From contig JBHHUC010000011.1 of assembly GCA_046861395.1 (NCBI GenBank), positions 1 through 48,893 on the forward strand: a DNA stretch of 48,893 bases. Reading direction: 5' to 3'. Below the pieces are notes generated by a model. It saw nothing but the letters and a program-made list of their open reading frames with translations, did no database searches and was not told the DNA's origin. Positions 22,722 through 32,703 of the stretch are shown piece after piece (within the stretch, counting starts at the first letter, position 1; each line of letters starts with the position of its first letter). The DNA comes from Fidelibacterota bacterium. GTDB lineage: Bacteria > Fidelibacterota > Marinisomatia > Marinisomatales > JABMOV01. Position numbers and translations under genes: made by a program.

Positions 22722-23672
22722 ATGAAAAAGACAATCGAATTAAAAGGAATTGATTTGATCAGTTTGTTTGGAGTCGGCGATGCCCATATCAAACTGATTG
22801 AAAAACACATCCCGGTGCAACTGGTGGTGCGGGGCCAAGTCGTAAAAATTTCCGGTGAAAAACCCGATGTACTGTTGGTGGAAGAATTGTTCCATGACAT
22901 GTCCCAGACCCTGAACAGGAAGTCCAGTCTGACGACAAAAGATATCCGGCAATTAATCACCCTGTTACGTAATGAGAATGGTCAAATTCCCCGGGCGCAA
23001 GCCGAACGTACGATAATATATGGTAAAAAAGGTGCGATTCAGCCCCGAACACCGGGGCAGGAAATGTATGTGGATTGTGTAAAAAAACACGATATTGTAT
23101 TTTCGATCGGTCCTGCCGGGACGGGAAAAACTTTCCTGGCAGTGGCCTTTGCCACGGCGGCTCTGGATAATCATGAAGTGAACCAAATCGTATTGTGCCG
23201 ACCGGCAGTGGAAGCCGGGGAGAGTCTGGGGTTTCTGCCGGGTGATCTGCGGGAAAAGGTGGACCCCTATCTGACACCGTTATATGACGCCTTAAATGAA
23301 TTAATGCCCCGTTCCCGGTTGAAACCACTGCTGGAAAAACAAATCATTGAAATTATTCCTCTGGCCTATATGCGGGGCCGGACCCTGAATAATGCCTTTC
23401 TGATTTTGGATGAAGCACAAAATGCCACGATCATGCAAATGAAAATGTTTTTAACCCGTCTGGGAGTGAATTCACGGGCAATTATCACCGGGGACATTAC
23501 CCAAATTGATTTACCGCAGAGAAAAGATTCGGGACTGATTGATGTGATGAATGTATTGAAAAATATTGATGGTATCGGGTTTACTTATTTGAATGAAACG
23601 GACGTGGTTCGGCATGAACTGGTCAAAAATATTATCAAGGCGTACGAAAATAACCCGGACAAGGTAGAGTAA
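22722..23672 (+). CDS. phoH: PhoH family ATPase
   Basis: GPAGTGKT, RPAVEAGESLGFLPGD, PLAYMRGRTL, LDEAQN, GDITQIDL, DVVRHELV. Confidence 0.95.
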   Translation: MKKTIELKGIDLISLFGVGDAHIKLIEKHIPVQLVVRGQVVKISGEKPDVLLVEELFHDMSQTLNRKSSLTTKDIRQLITLLRNENGQIPRAQAERTIIYGKKGAIQPRTPGQEMYVDCVKKHDIVFSIGPAGTGKTFLAVAFATAALDNHEVNQIVLCRPAVEAGESLGFLPGDLREKVDPYLTPLYDALNELMPRSRLKPLLEKQIIEIIPLAYMRGRTLNNAFLILDEAQNATIMQMKMFLTRLGVNSRAIITGDITQIDLPQRKDSGLIDVMNVLKNIDGIGFTYLNETDVVRHELVKNIIKAYENNPDKVE

Positions 23673-23981
23673 AGCAGGTAATGGGTCAGAGCAATGCCTT
23701 GAAAATATATAACCCCTACGACGTTGGGAATTTTTTCAGTTTCGTCTTTCCATAGACATGTGTTCTCCCGATCGGCATTACAGGAATGAAAGCCTCAGAA
23801 TTGTTTATTAATACGGCGGTGCTAGTGACTTTAACCACTAATTTATCCATGTGACTGAACTCGAGGGATTTGCTATTATAAATTCATAAATATAGAGTGT
23901 AAATGGTAATCGATAATAAGAGTATAATTTATGCACCAAATTACTGCGGACAGGATATTTCATAAAGTGGATTAATAAAAT

Positions 23982-24004
23982 ATAATAGTAATCATTACTA
24001 TTAT
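23982..24004. promoter_or_regulatory. Fur/PerR-family operator (perfect 11-1-11 inverted repeat)
   Basis: ATAATAGTAAT-C-ATTACTATTAT, 51 nt upstream of a PerR-like gene and touching a candidate -35. Confidence 0.8.
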
Positions 24005-24032
24005 TGTTTTATACTCTATTTAGGGCTATATT
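24004..24032 (+). promoter_or_regulatory. Candidate sigma70-type promoter of perR-ahpC-sodB
   Basis: TTGTTT (24004-24009), 17-nt spacer, TATATT (24027-24032). Confidence 0.5.
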
Positions 24033-24055
24033 CCCAGTGTTAAGTAGGTGTCAAA

Positions 24056-24427
24056 ATGCGATACAGCCATCAGCGGGAAAGAATATTAGAAATCGTACAA
24101 TCAACGGTAACTCATCCGACGGCGGATTGGGTGTATGATCAGGTTCGACTGAGCATTCCCAATATCAGTCTCGGAACGGTCTACCGGAATTTGAATCAAT
24201 TGGTGCAACAGGGAAGAGTGAAGGCGATTCATGATGAATCTGTCGTTCGTTATGATGGGAAAACCAATCCCCATGCTCATTTCAAGTGCTTGACCTGCCT
24301 GAAGATTTATGATGTCGATTGGCAGGATGATTCTTTGCCGCATCAGATTGCTGATGAATATGGCCATTTGCCAACCCGCTTCACATTGAATATTACCGGT
24401 GTGTGCAAGACCTGCAGCGCCGGTTAA
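24056..24427 (+). CDS. perR: Fur-family transcriptional repressor, PerR-like
   Basis: HPTADWVY, SLGTVYRNL, RYD...HAHFKCLTC..IYD (Asp as in PerR rather than Glu as in Fur), C-terminal CKTC; upstream of ahpC and sod. Confidence 0.82.
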   Translation: MRYSHQRERILEIVQSTVTHPTADWVYDQVRLSIPNISLGTVYRNLNQLVQQGRVKAIHDESVVRYDGKTNPHAHFKCLTCLKIYDVDWQDDSLPHQIADEYGHLPTRFTLNITGVCKTCSAG

Positions 24428-24485
24428 ACGGTTGGGGAAAATTATACATCAACCTAATACTTAAAGAATAACCAAAGGAGATAAA

Positions 24486-25130
24486 ATGTTAGTAACAAAA
24501 CCTGCTCCGGATTTTACCGCAACTGCGATCATGCCGGATAATTCATTCAAAGATATTTCATTATCGGATTATAAGGGACAGAAAGTCGTATTATTTTTCT
24601 ATCCTCTTGACTTTACATTCGTCTGTCCGACTGAAATCATTGCCTTCAGTCATCGGATTGAGGAATTCAAGAAACGCGGTGTCCAAGTATTGGGATGTTC
24701 CGTTGATTCCAAATATTCGCATTGGGCCTGGCGTCAAACACCGGAGAATAAAGGCGGTATCGGTGAAATCAATTATCCGTTGATTGCTGATATTGATAAA
24801 TCCATTGCCCGCAAATATGATGTTCTGGTTGATTCAAAACCGGCTTTCGTAGAAACAGAAGACGGTGAATATGAAACTAGCGTGGACGGGTCTAAAGCCT
24901 TACGCGGTTCTTTCCTGATTGATGAAGATGGCATTGTACGTCATGCCGTTATCAACGATTTGCCGCTGGGAAGAAACATCGATGAAATGCTACGCATGAT
25001 CGATGCGCTGGCCTTCAATCAGAAGCATGGTGAAGTCTGTCCGGCCGGCTGGGAAGAAGGCCAGGAAGGCATGAAAGAAAATGCCGAAGGTGTGGCCACC
25101 TATCTCGAAAAACATGCCGAGGAATTATAA
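24486..25130 (+). CDS. ahpC: Typical 2-Cys peroxiredoxin (AhpC/TsaA)
   Basis: [13 protein letters not shown] (peroxidatic Cys), [14 protein letters not shown] (resolving Cys); SD AAGGAG. Confidence 0.95.
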   Translation: MLVTKPAPDFTATAIMPDNSFKDISLSDYKGQKVVLFFYPLDFTFVCPTEIIAFSHRIEEFKKRGVQVLGCSVDSKYSHWAWRQTPENKGGIGEINYPLIADIDKSIARKYDVLVDSKPAFVETEDGEYETSVDGSKALRGSFLIDEDGIVRHAVINDLPLGRNIDEMLRMIDALAFNQKHGEVCPAGWEEGQEGMKENAEGVATYLEKHAEEL

Positions 25131-25138
25131 ACTGAAAC

Positions 25139-25174
25139 CAGGGTCGGTGTCTTTTCACCGACCCTGTGATTTTT
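25139..25174 (+). terminator. Strong stem-loop between ahpC and sodB (partial terminator or stabiliser)
   Basis: CAGGGTCGGTG-tctttt-CACCGACCCTG (11-bp perfect stem) followed by tgattttt. Confidence 0.6.
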
Positions 25175-25197
25175 AACATGAACAAAGGAGTAATCTC

Positions 25198-25770
25198 ATG
25201 AAACATGAATTACCTGATTTGCCCTATGCCCAGGACGCCCTGGAACCGCATATTTCCCGGGAAACCCTGGAATATCATTACGGAAAACACCATCGTGCTT
25301 ACGTCACGAACCTGAATAATCTGATCTCAGGTACGGAATTCGAGAATAAATCCCTGGAAGATATTGTACGTGAGGCCTCTGGCGGGACCTATAACAATGC
25401 CGCGCAGGTCTGGAATCATACCTTCTATTGGAATAGTCTCAGTCCCAGTGGCGGTGGTGAACCAACCGGTGCTTTGGCAAATGCCATTGCATCATCATTC
25501 GGATCCTTTGATGAATTCAAAAGGGCCTTTACACAATCCGCGATGACTAATTTCGGTTCAGGCTGGACCTGGCTAGTGAAAAAGGGTGACGGCCTGGAAA
25601 TTATCAATACGTCCAATGCTGGTTCGGCTCTAAGTGAAGGTGGGCAGGCACTGCTGACCTGTGACGTGTGGGAACATGCCTACTATGTGGACTACCGCAA
25701 TGCCCGCGCTGATTACCTGGCCGCATTCTGGAATCTGGTAAACTGGGAGTTTGCCGCCCAAAATTTCTAA
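25198..25770 (+). CDS. sodB: Superoxide dismutase [Fe]
   Basis: [15 protein letters not shown] (AAQ typical of Fe-SOD), [15 protein letters not shown]. Confidence 0.93.
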   Translation: MKHELPDLPYAQDALEPHISRETLEYHYGKHHRAYVTNLNNLISGTEFENKSLEDIVREASGGTYNNAAQVWNHTFYWNSLSPSGGGEPTGALANAIASSFGSFDEFKRAFTQSAMTNFGSGWTWLVKKGDGLEIINTSNAGSALSEGGQALLTCDVWEHAYYVDYRNARADYLAAFWNLVNWEFAAQNF

Positions 25771-25792
25771 GTAAATAGGCAATGCAGGCAGG

Positions 25793-25826
25793 AACCCGAA
25801 CCATCCCGAATGGTTCGGGTTTTTTT
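25793..25826 (+). terminator. Rho-independent terminator after sodB
   Basis: AACCCGAACCAT-cccga-ATGGTTCGGGTT followed by a T run. Confidence 0.88.
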
Positions 25827-25903
25827 GTAACTTTACAGATGGAACCAAACAGCCATCGCCATTTTCCGGTGTCCTAAGGTAATGATCAGTGAAAGGAATC
25901 ATA

Positions 25904-28801
25904 ATGCACAGTATTAAGAATTCTCTTGTTTGGGGTTTTTTCATGATGTCCCTGATGATGGCGACAGACTATTTTCAGCAGAATATAGCTTACACTATTC
26001 AGGTAACCCTGAATGATACGAATCATACCCTACAGGCACATGAGAAACTGACATATACCAATCATTCGCCCGATACGCTCAACTTTATCTGGTTCCATCT
26101 CTGGCCCAATGCCTACAAGAATGATCAGACAGCCCTGGAACGACAATTAAAAAAGCGCTATTCCACACGCATGGCTTATGCCAAAGATGATGAACGGGGC
26201 TACATTGACAGTCTGAATTTCACTTCTGATGGCGTGGTGTTGGATTGGTCCTATCATCCGGACTGGATCGATGCCGCTAAAGTGAAATTGGCCGCTCCGT
26301 TGTATCCGGGAGAGTCGGTAACCATCGAAACACCATTTTTCGTGAAAATACCGAAAGTATTTTCCCGTCTGGGACATACCGGACAGCATTATGAAATCAC
26401 GCAGTGGTATCCCAAACCGGCGGTGTATGACCGCAACGGGTGGCATGTAATGCCTTATCTGGATCAGGGCGAATTTTATAGTGAATTCGGTTCCTATGAT
26501 GTGTTTATCACCCTGCCGGCGGATTATCGCATCATGGCCACGGGAGATTTGGTAGATGGTGATGCAGAATATTCCTGGTTGGATTCATTGGCGAAAGAAG
26601 GTGATGCACTCTACGAACTACCGGAAAAAGAACTGAAGAAAAAGCTGAAAACATTAAGGAAAGCAGAACGATCCTCAGACGGCCTTAAAACGATTCACTT
26701 CCACCAGATAAAAGTCCACGACTTTGCCTGGTTCGCTGATTGGAAATGGATTGTGCGAAAAGGCGAATTATTTCTGGCCGATTCCACGCGGTCAGTCACG
26801 CTCTGGTCCATGTATCTACCCAAGAATGCCGAATTGTGGGAAAAGTCGATTGAATACATTCATGATGCCGGTTACTGGTACAGTAAGTTTTACGGGGATT
26901 ACCCCTACAATCATATTACGGCCGTCGACGGTGATATGTCAGCCGGGGGCGGAATGGAATATCCCAATATCACCGTCATTTCCTCCAGTGGCAGCAAGGA
27001 TATACTGGAATTTGTTATCATGCATGAAGTAGGGCATAACTGGTTCTACGGAATTTTGGGTTCCGACGAAAGGGAACATCCCTGGATGGATGAAGGGTTG
27101 AATGAATATTCGAATTTTCGTTATTGGAATATAAAATATCATGACCGGGACGGTGCCATTATTCTCAGTGAAAAAATACAATCCAAATTGGGAGTTGGCC
27201 GTGGGCTTCAAATGCACTGGGCCATGGGATATGCCCGCTATTCGTCTATAGCATCCGTCGGTTATGATCAAGCTCTGAACCTTTATTCGGAAGCCTATAC
27301 GCCCGGAAATTATGGTTCTATGGTCTATGGAAAGACGGCTCTGATGATGTGGTTCCTACAACATTATTTGGGGGAGGAAACCATGAACCGGGCGATGCAA
27401 GCCTACTATGAAAAGTGGAAATTCAAACATCCGGCTCCGGAGGATTTCAGGGCCGCATTTCAGGCTGTTACGGACAAGGATTTGAGCTGGTTCTGGCAGG
27501 ATGCGATGAATTCCGTAAAAACCATTGATTATGCCTTAAAAAAAGAAAAGGACCGTTATATTCTGGTCAATAAAGGTACCATGTCGACCCCAGTGGAAAT
27601 TGCCTATTACGATAAAATTGGAAATGAATTAAGCCGCACTTGGATACCAATAAAAAACCAATCTATTCCTCTGGCAGTTCCCATCACTGCAGCCCGAATT
27701 GTCATTGATCCTGATGAATATATGCCGGATATTGACCGAACGAATAATGCAACCCGAAGGCCCCTGAAGTTCACCTTTGTATTTGACCAGCCGGACTATT
27801 ATACCACTCATGTAAACTGGCTTCCCTGGCTATTTGCCTGGAATCAATACAATGGATTTACGCCGGGATTGATGCTTTATTCCGGGTTCATTCCCGGTTA
27901 CCGATATGGAATATCCATTCTCCCCATGTGGGACTTCAACCATTCCCGTCTTATTGGCCAGACGGCTGTGGAGCGTACCTGGTACCGAGTTTTATTTACT
28001 GATAAATTGACGTTTCGGGGCAGCTACAGTGATCTGGCAAGTGCAGCCGGGTGGCAGATTAAAGCAACCGGAGAAAAAACACCTTCCATTTTCTTGCATT
28101 CAAAATGGATATATACCGGAGAAATAAGTTCCCGTTTACTTCGGGCGGATGGATTGGATACGACCTATTATGAAGCCGGACATTATCGTCATGCGGGCCT
28201 GGGTGTTCAATATTCCAATCGTCCCACCATGTTTACGAATTATTCGTCTCGATTCAGGGTGAAACTGGCTCTTCATGGGGCCGACTATGCCAAATGGTCC
28301 TGGGACAATACTCTGTCGCATCGCTGGACAAAATCCATCCGTTCCCGGGTAAGAAGCTGGGTAGGTGGATTTATCTATTCCAATGATGTTCCCCGACAGG
28401 AGCAGATTTATCTGAGCGGTGGTGTTGATCCCGATTTCGCATCAGGTTATGTCCTGAACCGAACCGGCAAGGAAACTCCCTATGATCTGTATGATGAACA
28501 ATATACCGAGGATGGCCCCGGTCTCCGCGGATATGTTTTGGCCAGCTCTATCAATAACGCCTGGGGTTTTAATGTCATACAGGATATTCCCCATCTTCCC
28601 GTGAAACTTTTTATGGATGTCGCCGGACAGGGAGGGTCGACCTACAGTGATGCCGGAATCATGCTGGGGACCCAATCCTTGTCGATTTTTATCCCAGTTT
28701 ATCAGGACTGGGAAAAACAGGCGGTAGCAACGAATACGAAAGAATATCTGCGCCGGGTCCGTTTCAGTCTTAGTCTCAGTACCTTTCGGATTGGTTTCTG
28801 A
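25904..28801 (+). CDS. Exported M1-family zinc aminopeptidase with a C-terminal beta-strand-rich (outer-membrane barrel-like) region
   Basis: Signal peptide, GGMEYP (GAMEN-like), HEVGH-x18-E (WMDEG), VYGK. The C-terminal ~350 aa are rich in aromatic and amphipathic strands and end in Phe. SD AAGGA precedes ATG at 25904. Confidence 0.88.
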   Translation: MHSIKNSLVWGFFMMSLMMATDYFQQNIAYTIQVTLNDTNHTLQAHEKLTYTNHSPDTLNFIWFHLWPNAYKNDQTALERQLKKRYSTRMAYAKDDERGYIDSLNFTSDGVVLDWSYHPDWIDAAKVKLAAPLYPGESVTIETPFFVKIPKVFSRLGHTGQHYEITQWYPKPAVYDRNGWHVMPYLDQGEFYSEFGSYDVFITLPADYRIMATGDLVDGDAEYSWLDSLAKEGDALYELPEKELKKKLKTLRKAERSSDGLKTIHFHQIKVHDFAWFADWKWIVRKGELFLADSTRSVTLWSMYLPKNAELWEKSIEYIHDAGYWYSKFYGDYPYNHITAVDGDMSAGGGMEYPNITVISSSGSKDILEFVIMHEVGHNWFYGILGSDEREHPWMDEGLNEYSNFRYWNIKYHDRDGAIILSEKIQSKLGVGRGLQMHWAMGYARYSSIASVGYDQALNLYSEAYTPGNYGSMVYGKTALMMWFLQHYLGEETMNRAMQAYYEKWKFKHPAPEDFRAAFQAVTDKDLSWFWQDAMNSVKTIDYALKKEKDRYILVNKGTMSTPVEIAYYDKIGNELSRTWIPIKNQSIPLAVPITAARIVIDPDEYMPDIDRTNNATRRPLKFTFVFDQPDYYTTHVNWLPWLFAWNQYNGFTPGLMLYSGFIPGYRYGISILPMWDFNHSRLIGQTAVERTWYRVLFTDKLTFRGSYSDLASAAGWQIKATGEKTPSIFLHSKWIYTGEISSRLLRADGLDTTYYEAGHYRHAGLGVQYSNRPTMFTNYSSRFRVKLALHGADYAKWSWDNTLSHRWTKSIRSRVRSWVGGFIYSNDVPRQEQIYLSGGVDPDFASGYVLNRTGKETPYDLYDEQYTEDGPGLRGYVLASSINNAWGFNVIQDIPHLPVKLFMDVAGQGGSTYSDAGIMLGTQSLSIFIPVYQDWEKQAVATNTKEYLRRVRFSLSLSTFRIGF

Positions 28802-28915
28802 ACCACATCATATGGTATGATTTGAGAATCATGTGTTATCGACGGGAATACGTTTTTAAATTCTAACCGTCTTTTTCCAGATACTTTAATCAATTGGATC
28901 TAACAGGGGATTTGC

Positions 28916-29347
28916 ATGGCTAAATGGGATAAGGAAAGTTTCATTCAAAATATGCGGGAATCGTGCAGTAGGGAAGTCGCCAAAATTGGTGAACGGTTGA
29001 TAGACTTCTCCGAAAAATATGCCGACGATATCACTTGGGGACGGGGTAATGATCATGGTACACTGACATTTCGTACCCAGTCCGATTTTGGATTACTGCC
29101 CATTTTTCATATGACTTCCGACGGAAAATTAAATATTCAAATTAATTTTTTACGGAGCAAGGATCTTCCAGTACAGGTTCTCCGGGACATGATTGTAAAA
29201 CTGGAAGCCAATTTCCTCCGGGACTATGATGAAGAAATGTATCCCGTTGATACCTTTGAAGAAATCGAATATTTATTCAGTATGTCATCTCAGGTTGATA
29301 AATTTCTGAAAACAATTGAAGGTGTCGTCTATCGTCTGAAACAATAA
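28916..29347 (+). CDS. Hypothetical cytoplasmic protein (143 aa)
   Basis: Clean ORF with natural composition and GGGA upstream; no family recognised. Confidence 0.75.
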   Translation: MAKWDKESFIQNMRESCSREVAKIGERLIDFSEKYADDITWGRGNDHGTLTFRTQSDFGLLPIFHMTSDGKLNIQINFLRSKDLPVQVLRDMIVKLEANFLRDYDEEMYPVDTFEEIEYLFSMSSQVDKFLKTIEGVVYRLKQ

Positions 29348-29494
29348 TCCTCGTCATGGATTAATTTTATCATTGATCTATACATAAGGGGTCCACAGTT
29401 GCTGTAATTGGCAGTAATACATGATTTCATTCCATGGTAAACTTGAGCCATGATCCGATTCAAATTCCTGCCTTTTCGATTCGGTCCCGATCCG

Positions 29495-31360
29495 ATGTTT
29501 TCTGGACATCGGCTTAACCCATCCCTGACGGTTATCCTACTTCTTATGCTGTTTACCACAGGACTTCGGGCGCAGCGGGATCAGCGCTGGGGCTGGACCG
29601 TCCATCGATATATTAACGAACAGGCCCTGGATGTTCTTCCTCCAGCCATGGCCTTTTTCCAGACCTATCGTACCCAGCTTTCGGAACACGCAGTAGATCC
29701 GGATCAGGGAAATTTACCGGGATATTATCATTACATCGATATTGATGCGTACCCGGAATTTTTTCAGGGAACACTGCCCCATGAATGGACAGACTTTATC
29801 AATCTCTACGGTTATGATACTGCGATCAGCAACGGAACCGTTCCCTGGGTTATCGAGGAATGGACTGATAGTCTCGCTTCGTTGATGCGTACCGGAGATT
29901 GGGAAGAAGCCGTACAGGTTGCGGCCGAACTGGGTCATTATGTGGCTGACGCCCATAATCCCCTGCACCTGACCCTGAATTATAATGGACAGAACACGGG
30001 GAATTATGGAATCCATTCGCGCTATGAATCGCAGATGGTTCCCCCGCATTTGGAGGAAATTCTTCTGACGGAAGATCAAGCCCGGTTCTGGGAGAACCCC
30101 ATTGATTCCATTTTTCTTTGGATTGATGACTTATATCCCTTTGTGGCGAATATCATGACCGCCGACGATTCTGCCGCCGCGCTGGATCCTTCCTATTCAA
30201 CGACCTATTATAATACAATGTGGGCTTTGTTGGATTCGCTTACAATGACTGCTATCCAGCGGGCGGAACATGATTTGGCCAGTCTGTGGTACACGGCCTG
30301 GGTAAAAGCCGATTATCGCGTCCCCTCGAATTCACTGAATATACTGACGGGAACCATAGTGATCCCCACCGACTACTCCACGATTCAGGCCGGAATTGAC
30401 GCAGCCGTGGAAGGGGAGGATATGGTCCTTGTATTACCGGGTTTATATCTTGAAAACATACAATTTCAGGGCAAGGAAATTGTTGTTCAGAGCAGCCAGG
30501 GTCCTTTGGTCACATTCATCGAAGCAGCGGATACCGGTCATGTTGTCCAATTTTCACAAGCCGAAGGTTCCGGTGCCCGTCTGGAAGGTTTTACCATTCG
30601 GGGGGGCGGATCATTTATCGGCGGTGGTATTATCTGTGACGGAGCGTCTCCGGTCATTCGTCATAATATCATAACCGGGAATGAGGCGGGGAGATGCGCC
30701 GGTCTGGGCGGTGGAATCGCCGCGGTAAATAGTGCACATCCGATTATTATTAATAATTCCATCATGGATAATGCGGCACAGGGTGATTGTGACTGCATCT
30801 GCTATTTTGGCGGCGGACTATATGTTGACTCCTTATCATTTCCGATCATCGGCGGAAGTCCTTTCCATGGAAATAATATTTTCGGCAATAGCGCCGATAT
30901 TGGTCAACAAGTATATCGGGCCGGACCAGGAACGGCAGTCACAGCATCTTATAATTATTGGGGTGGTTCTTGTCCGCCGGATACGACCGGGGACGTGTGG
31001 CCGGGAAATCAGTTTAATATCAGTTACTGTCAGGAGTCGGAATGGAATATATTTCTTGGTTCCGATAAGACATCGATTCTGGAGACATACCCGCTACTGA
31101 GGAATTATCCGAATCCCTTTAATCATACCACCGTCATTGAATATGAAGTCCCGGAAAAGAATGGGATTCGTCTTGCTATCTATGATCTGAGTGGTAGAGA
31201 AATCACAGTACTGGTCGATGGCGTTACAGAACCGGGATTGTTCCGAATCGTATGGAACGGCAAAGACCGGTTGGGACGATCCATCAGTTCCGGCCTTTAT
31301 CTGTGTCGGTTCACAACGAAAAACCAGGTCATTGACCGGAAATTGCTAATATTGAAATAA
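29495..31360 (+). CDS. Secreted S1/P1 nuclease / zinc phospholipase C-like enzyme + parallel beta-helix + T9SS-like (FlgD-Ig) C-terminal sorting domain
   Basis: WGWTVH, HYIDID, LGHYVADAHNPLH and GIHSRYE trinuclear-zinc motifs; IPTDYSTIQAGIDAA...GLYLENI and GGGI repeats; NYPNPFN...IYDLSGREI...WNGKD...SSGLY...KLLILK. Start uncertain (29450 or 29495). Confidence 0.82.
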   Translation: MFSGHRLNPSLTVILLLMLFTTGLRAQRDQRWGWTVHRYINEQALDVLPPAMAFFQTYRTQLSEHAVDPDQGNLPGYYHYIDIDAYPEFFQGTLPHEWTDFINLYGYDTAISNGTVPWVIEEWTDSLASLMRTGDWEEAVQVAAELGHYVADAHNPLHLTLNYNGQNTGNYGIHSRYESQMVPPHLEEILLTEDQARFWENPIDSIFLWIDDLYPFVANIMTADDSAAALDPSYSTTYYNTMWALLDSLTMTAIQRAEHDLASLWYTAWVKADYRVPSNSLNILTGTIVIPTDYSTIQAGIDAAVEGEDMVLVLPGLYLENIQFQGKEIVVQSSQGPLVTFIEAADTGHVVQFSQAEGSGARLEGFTIRGGGSFIGGGIICDGASPVIRHNIITGNEAGRCAGLGGGIAAVNSAHPIIINNSIMDNAAQGDCDCICYFGGGLYVDSLSFPIIGGSPFHGNNIFGNSADIGQQVYRAGPGTAVTASYNYWGGSCPPDTTGDVWPGNQFNISYCQESEWNIFLGSDKTSILETYPLLRNYPNPFNHTTVIEYEVPEKNGIRLAIYDLSGREITVLVDGVTEPGLFRIVWNGKDRLGRSISSGLYLCRFTTKNQVIDRKLLILK

Positions 31361-31367
31361 TGGGGTT

Positions 31368-32702
31368 ATGGTAAATTATATCGTGTTAATTACAGTCAGG
31401 TGGTTTTTCATCGCATTTCTGCTTACTGTGACTTGGGGGCAGTCACACCTACCGCATGGATTGACGGACCGGGAAAGGGAAGAGCTGGACCGCATCGGGG
31501 TAAACCGGACAATAACGGATCCTCCGGATTCAATCTGGTATGCACCCGCTGAATTCGACTCCGTGGCCGGGATCATTTATTCCTGGGAACAATATCCAAC
31601 CCTATTAAAGCAGTTAATAAAGGCCACGGCCGAATCCGATACCGCTTGGGTTGTGGTGAATAATGCCGCGGAAGCTGTTACCGTATCAAACCAGTTGCAG
31701 GCTTTCGGTGTCAATATGGATCATGTGGACTATATTTATGACAATCTGAATTCGGTCTGGATCAGGGATTTCGGTCCGTGGTGGATTTACCAACCGGACG
31801 GGCGCCGGGCCATCCTGGACCTGACATATAATCGTCCCCGTCCTCTGGATGATGCTTTTCCCGAAGACCTGGCGACCATGTGGAATCTGGATTATTACGG
31901 CTTGGGCCTGGTGGAGGCAGGCGGTAATATGTTACTGGATGGCACCGGTGCAGTCATGATATCCAATGTCATTTTTGATCCATCCCAGGGCTTCAATCCC
32001 GATGGCAGTCTCACAGTGGAAATCCTGGAAAATTACTTCCAGGATTATTATGGTGTGCATAAGGTGATTTTGACGGACCACCTACAATTCGACGGGACGG
32101 GACACATCGACATGTTTATCAAGATTCTGAATGATACAACCGTCATCATCGGCGAATATGAATCTCCGTCTGATGCCGCCGGGAATAATTATGCCATCTG
32201 CAACCAGGTGGCGGATCAGATCGCCAATGAAACCAATGGTGCCGGAAATCCTTACCATGTGGTCAGGATGCTCATGCCACCTTATGACGGGAATACCTAT
32301 ACCTACATTAATTCCCTCATTGTAAATCGCAAGGTTCTGGTCCCCATCTATGGTTTTGCCACCGATGCCGCGGTGCTGGCGCAATACGAATCCTTGTTAC
32401 CTGGATATGAAATTATCGGTTTTGACTGCAATCAAATTATTATGGCCAATGGCGCCATTCATTGTATTGCTATGAAAGTTCCGGCCTTTATTTCTCCCAT
32501 TGATCCCTGCGCTGACTGGGAGACCGGTGATCTCAATAATGACGGCTCTCGGAATGTTATTGATTTACTCATGCTGGGGGATGCCGTCCTTGGGTTTAAT
32601 GCCGGTGGACCGTGTACCCAGGCCGTAGCGGATATGAACGATGATCAATCCGTCACTGCCATGGATCTGATTATCCTCCTGAATCTCATCCTGGGATATT
32701 GA
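31368..32702 (+). CDS. Exported agmatine deiminase / peptidylarginine deiminase family protein with C-terminal dockerin
   Basis: Signal peptide; PAEF, WIRDFGP, AGGN, GTGHIDM and GAIHCI (catalytic Cys); C-terminal GDLNNDGSRNVIDL...ADMNDDQSVTAMDLIILL duplicated dockerin pattern (32526-32699). Confidence 0.88.
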   Translation: MVNYIVLITVRWFFIAFLLTVTWGQSHLPHGLTDREREELDRIGVNRTITDPPDSIWYAPAEFDSVAGIIYSWEQYPTLLKQLIKATAESDTAWVVVNNAAEAVTVSNQLQAFGVNMDHVDYIYDNLNSVWIRDFGPWWIYQPDGRRAILDLTYNRPRPLDDAFPEDLATMWNLDYYGLGLVEAGGNMLLDGTGAVMISNVIFDPSQGFNPDGSLTVEILENYFQDYYGVHKVILTDHLQFDGTGHIDMFIKILNDTTVIIGEYESPSDAAGNNYAICNQVADQIANETNGAGNPYHVVRMLMPPYDGNTYTYINSLIVNRKVLVPIYGFATDAAVLAQYESLLPGYEIIGFDCNQIIMANGAIHCIAMKVPAFISPIDPCADWETGDLNNDGSRNVIDLLMLGDAVLGFNAGGPCTQAVADMNDDQSVTAMDLIILLNLILGY

Positions 32703-32703
32703 C

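Noticed and set aside
23673..23980. AT-rich spacer as possible oriC
   Set aside because: Only DnaA-box-like 9-mers with two mismatches (TTAACCACT, TTATCCATG), no dnaA/dnaN nearby, and the AT richness is explained by the perR promoter. A GC-skew analysis would be needed.
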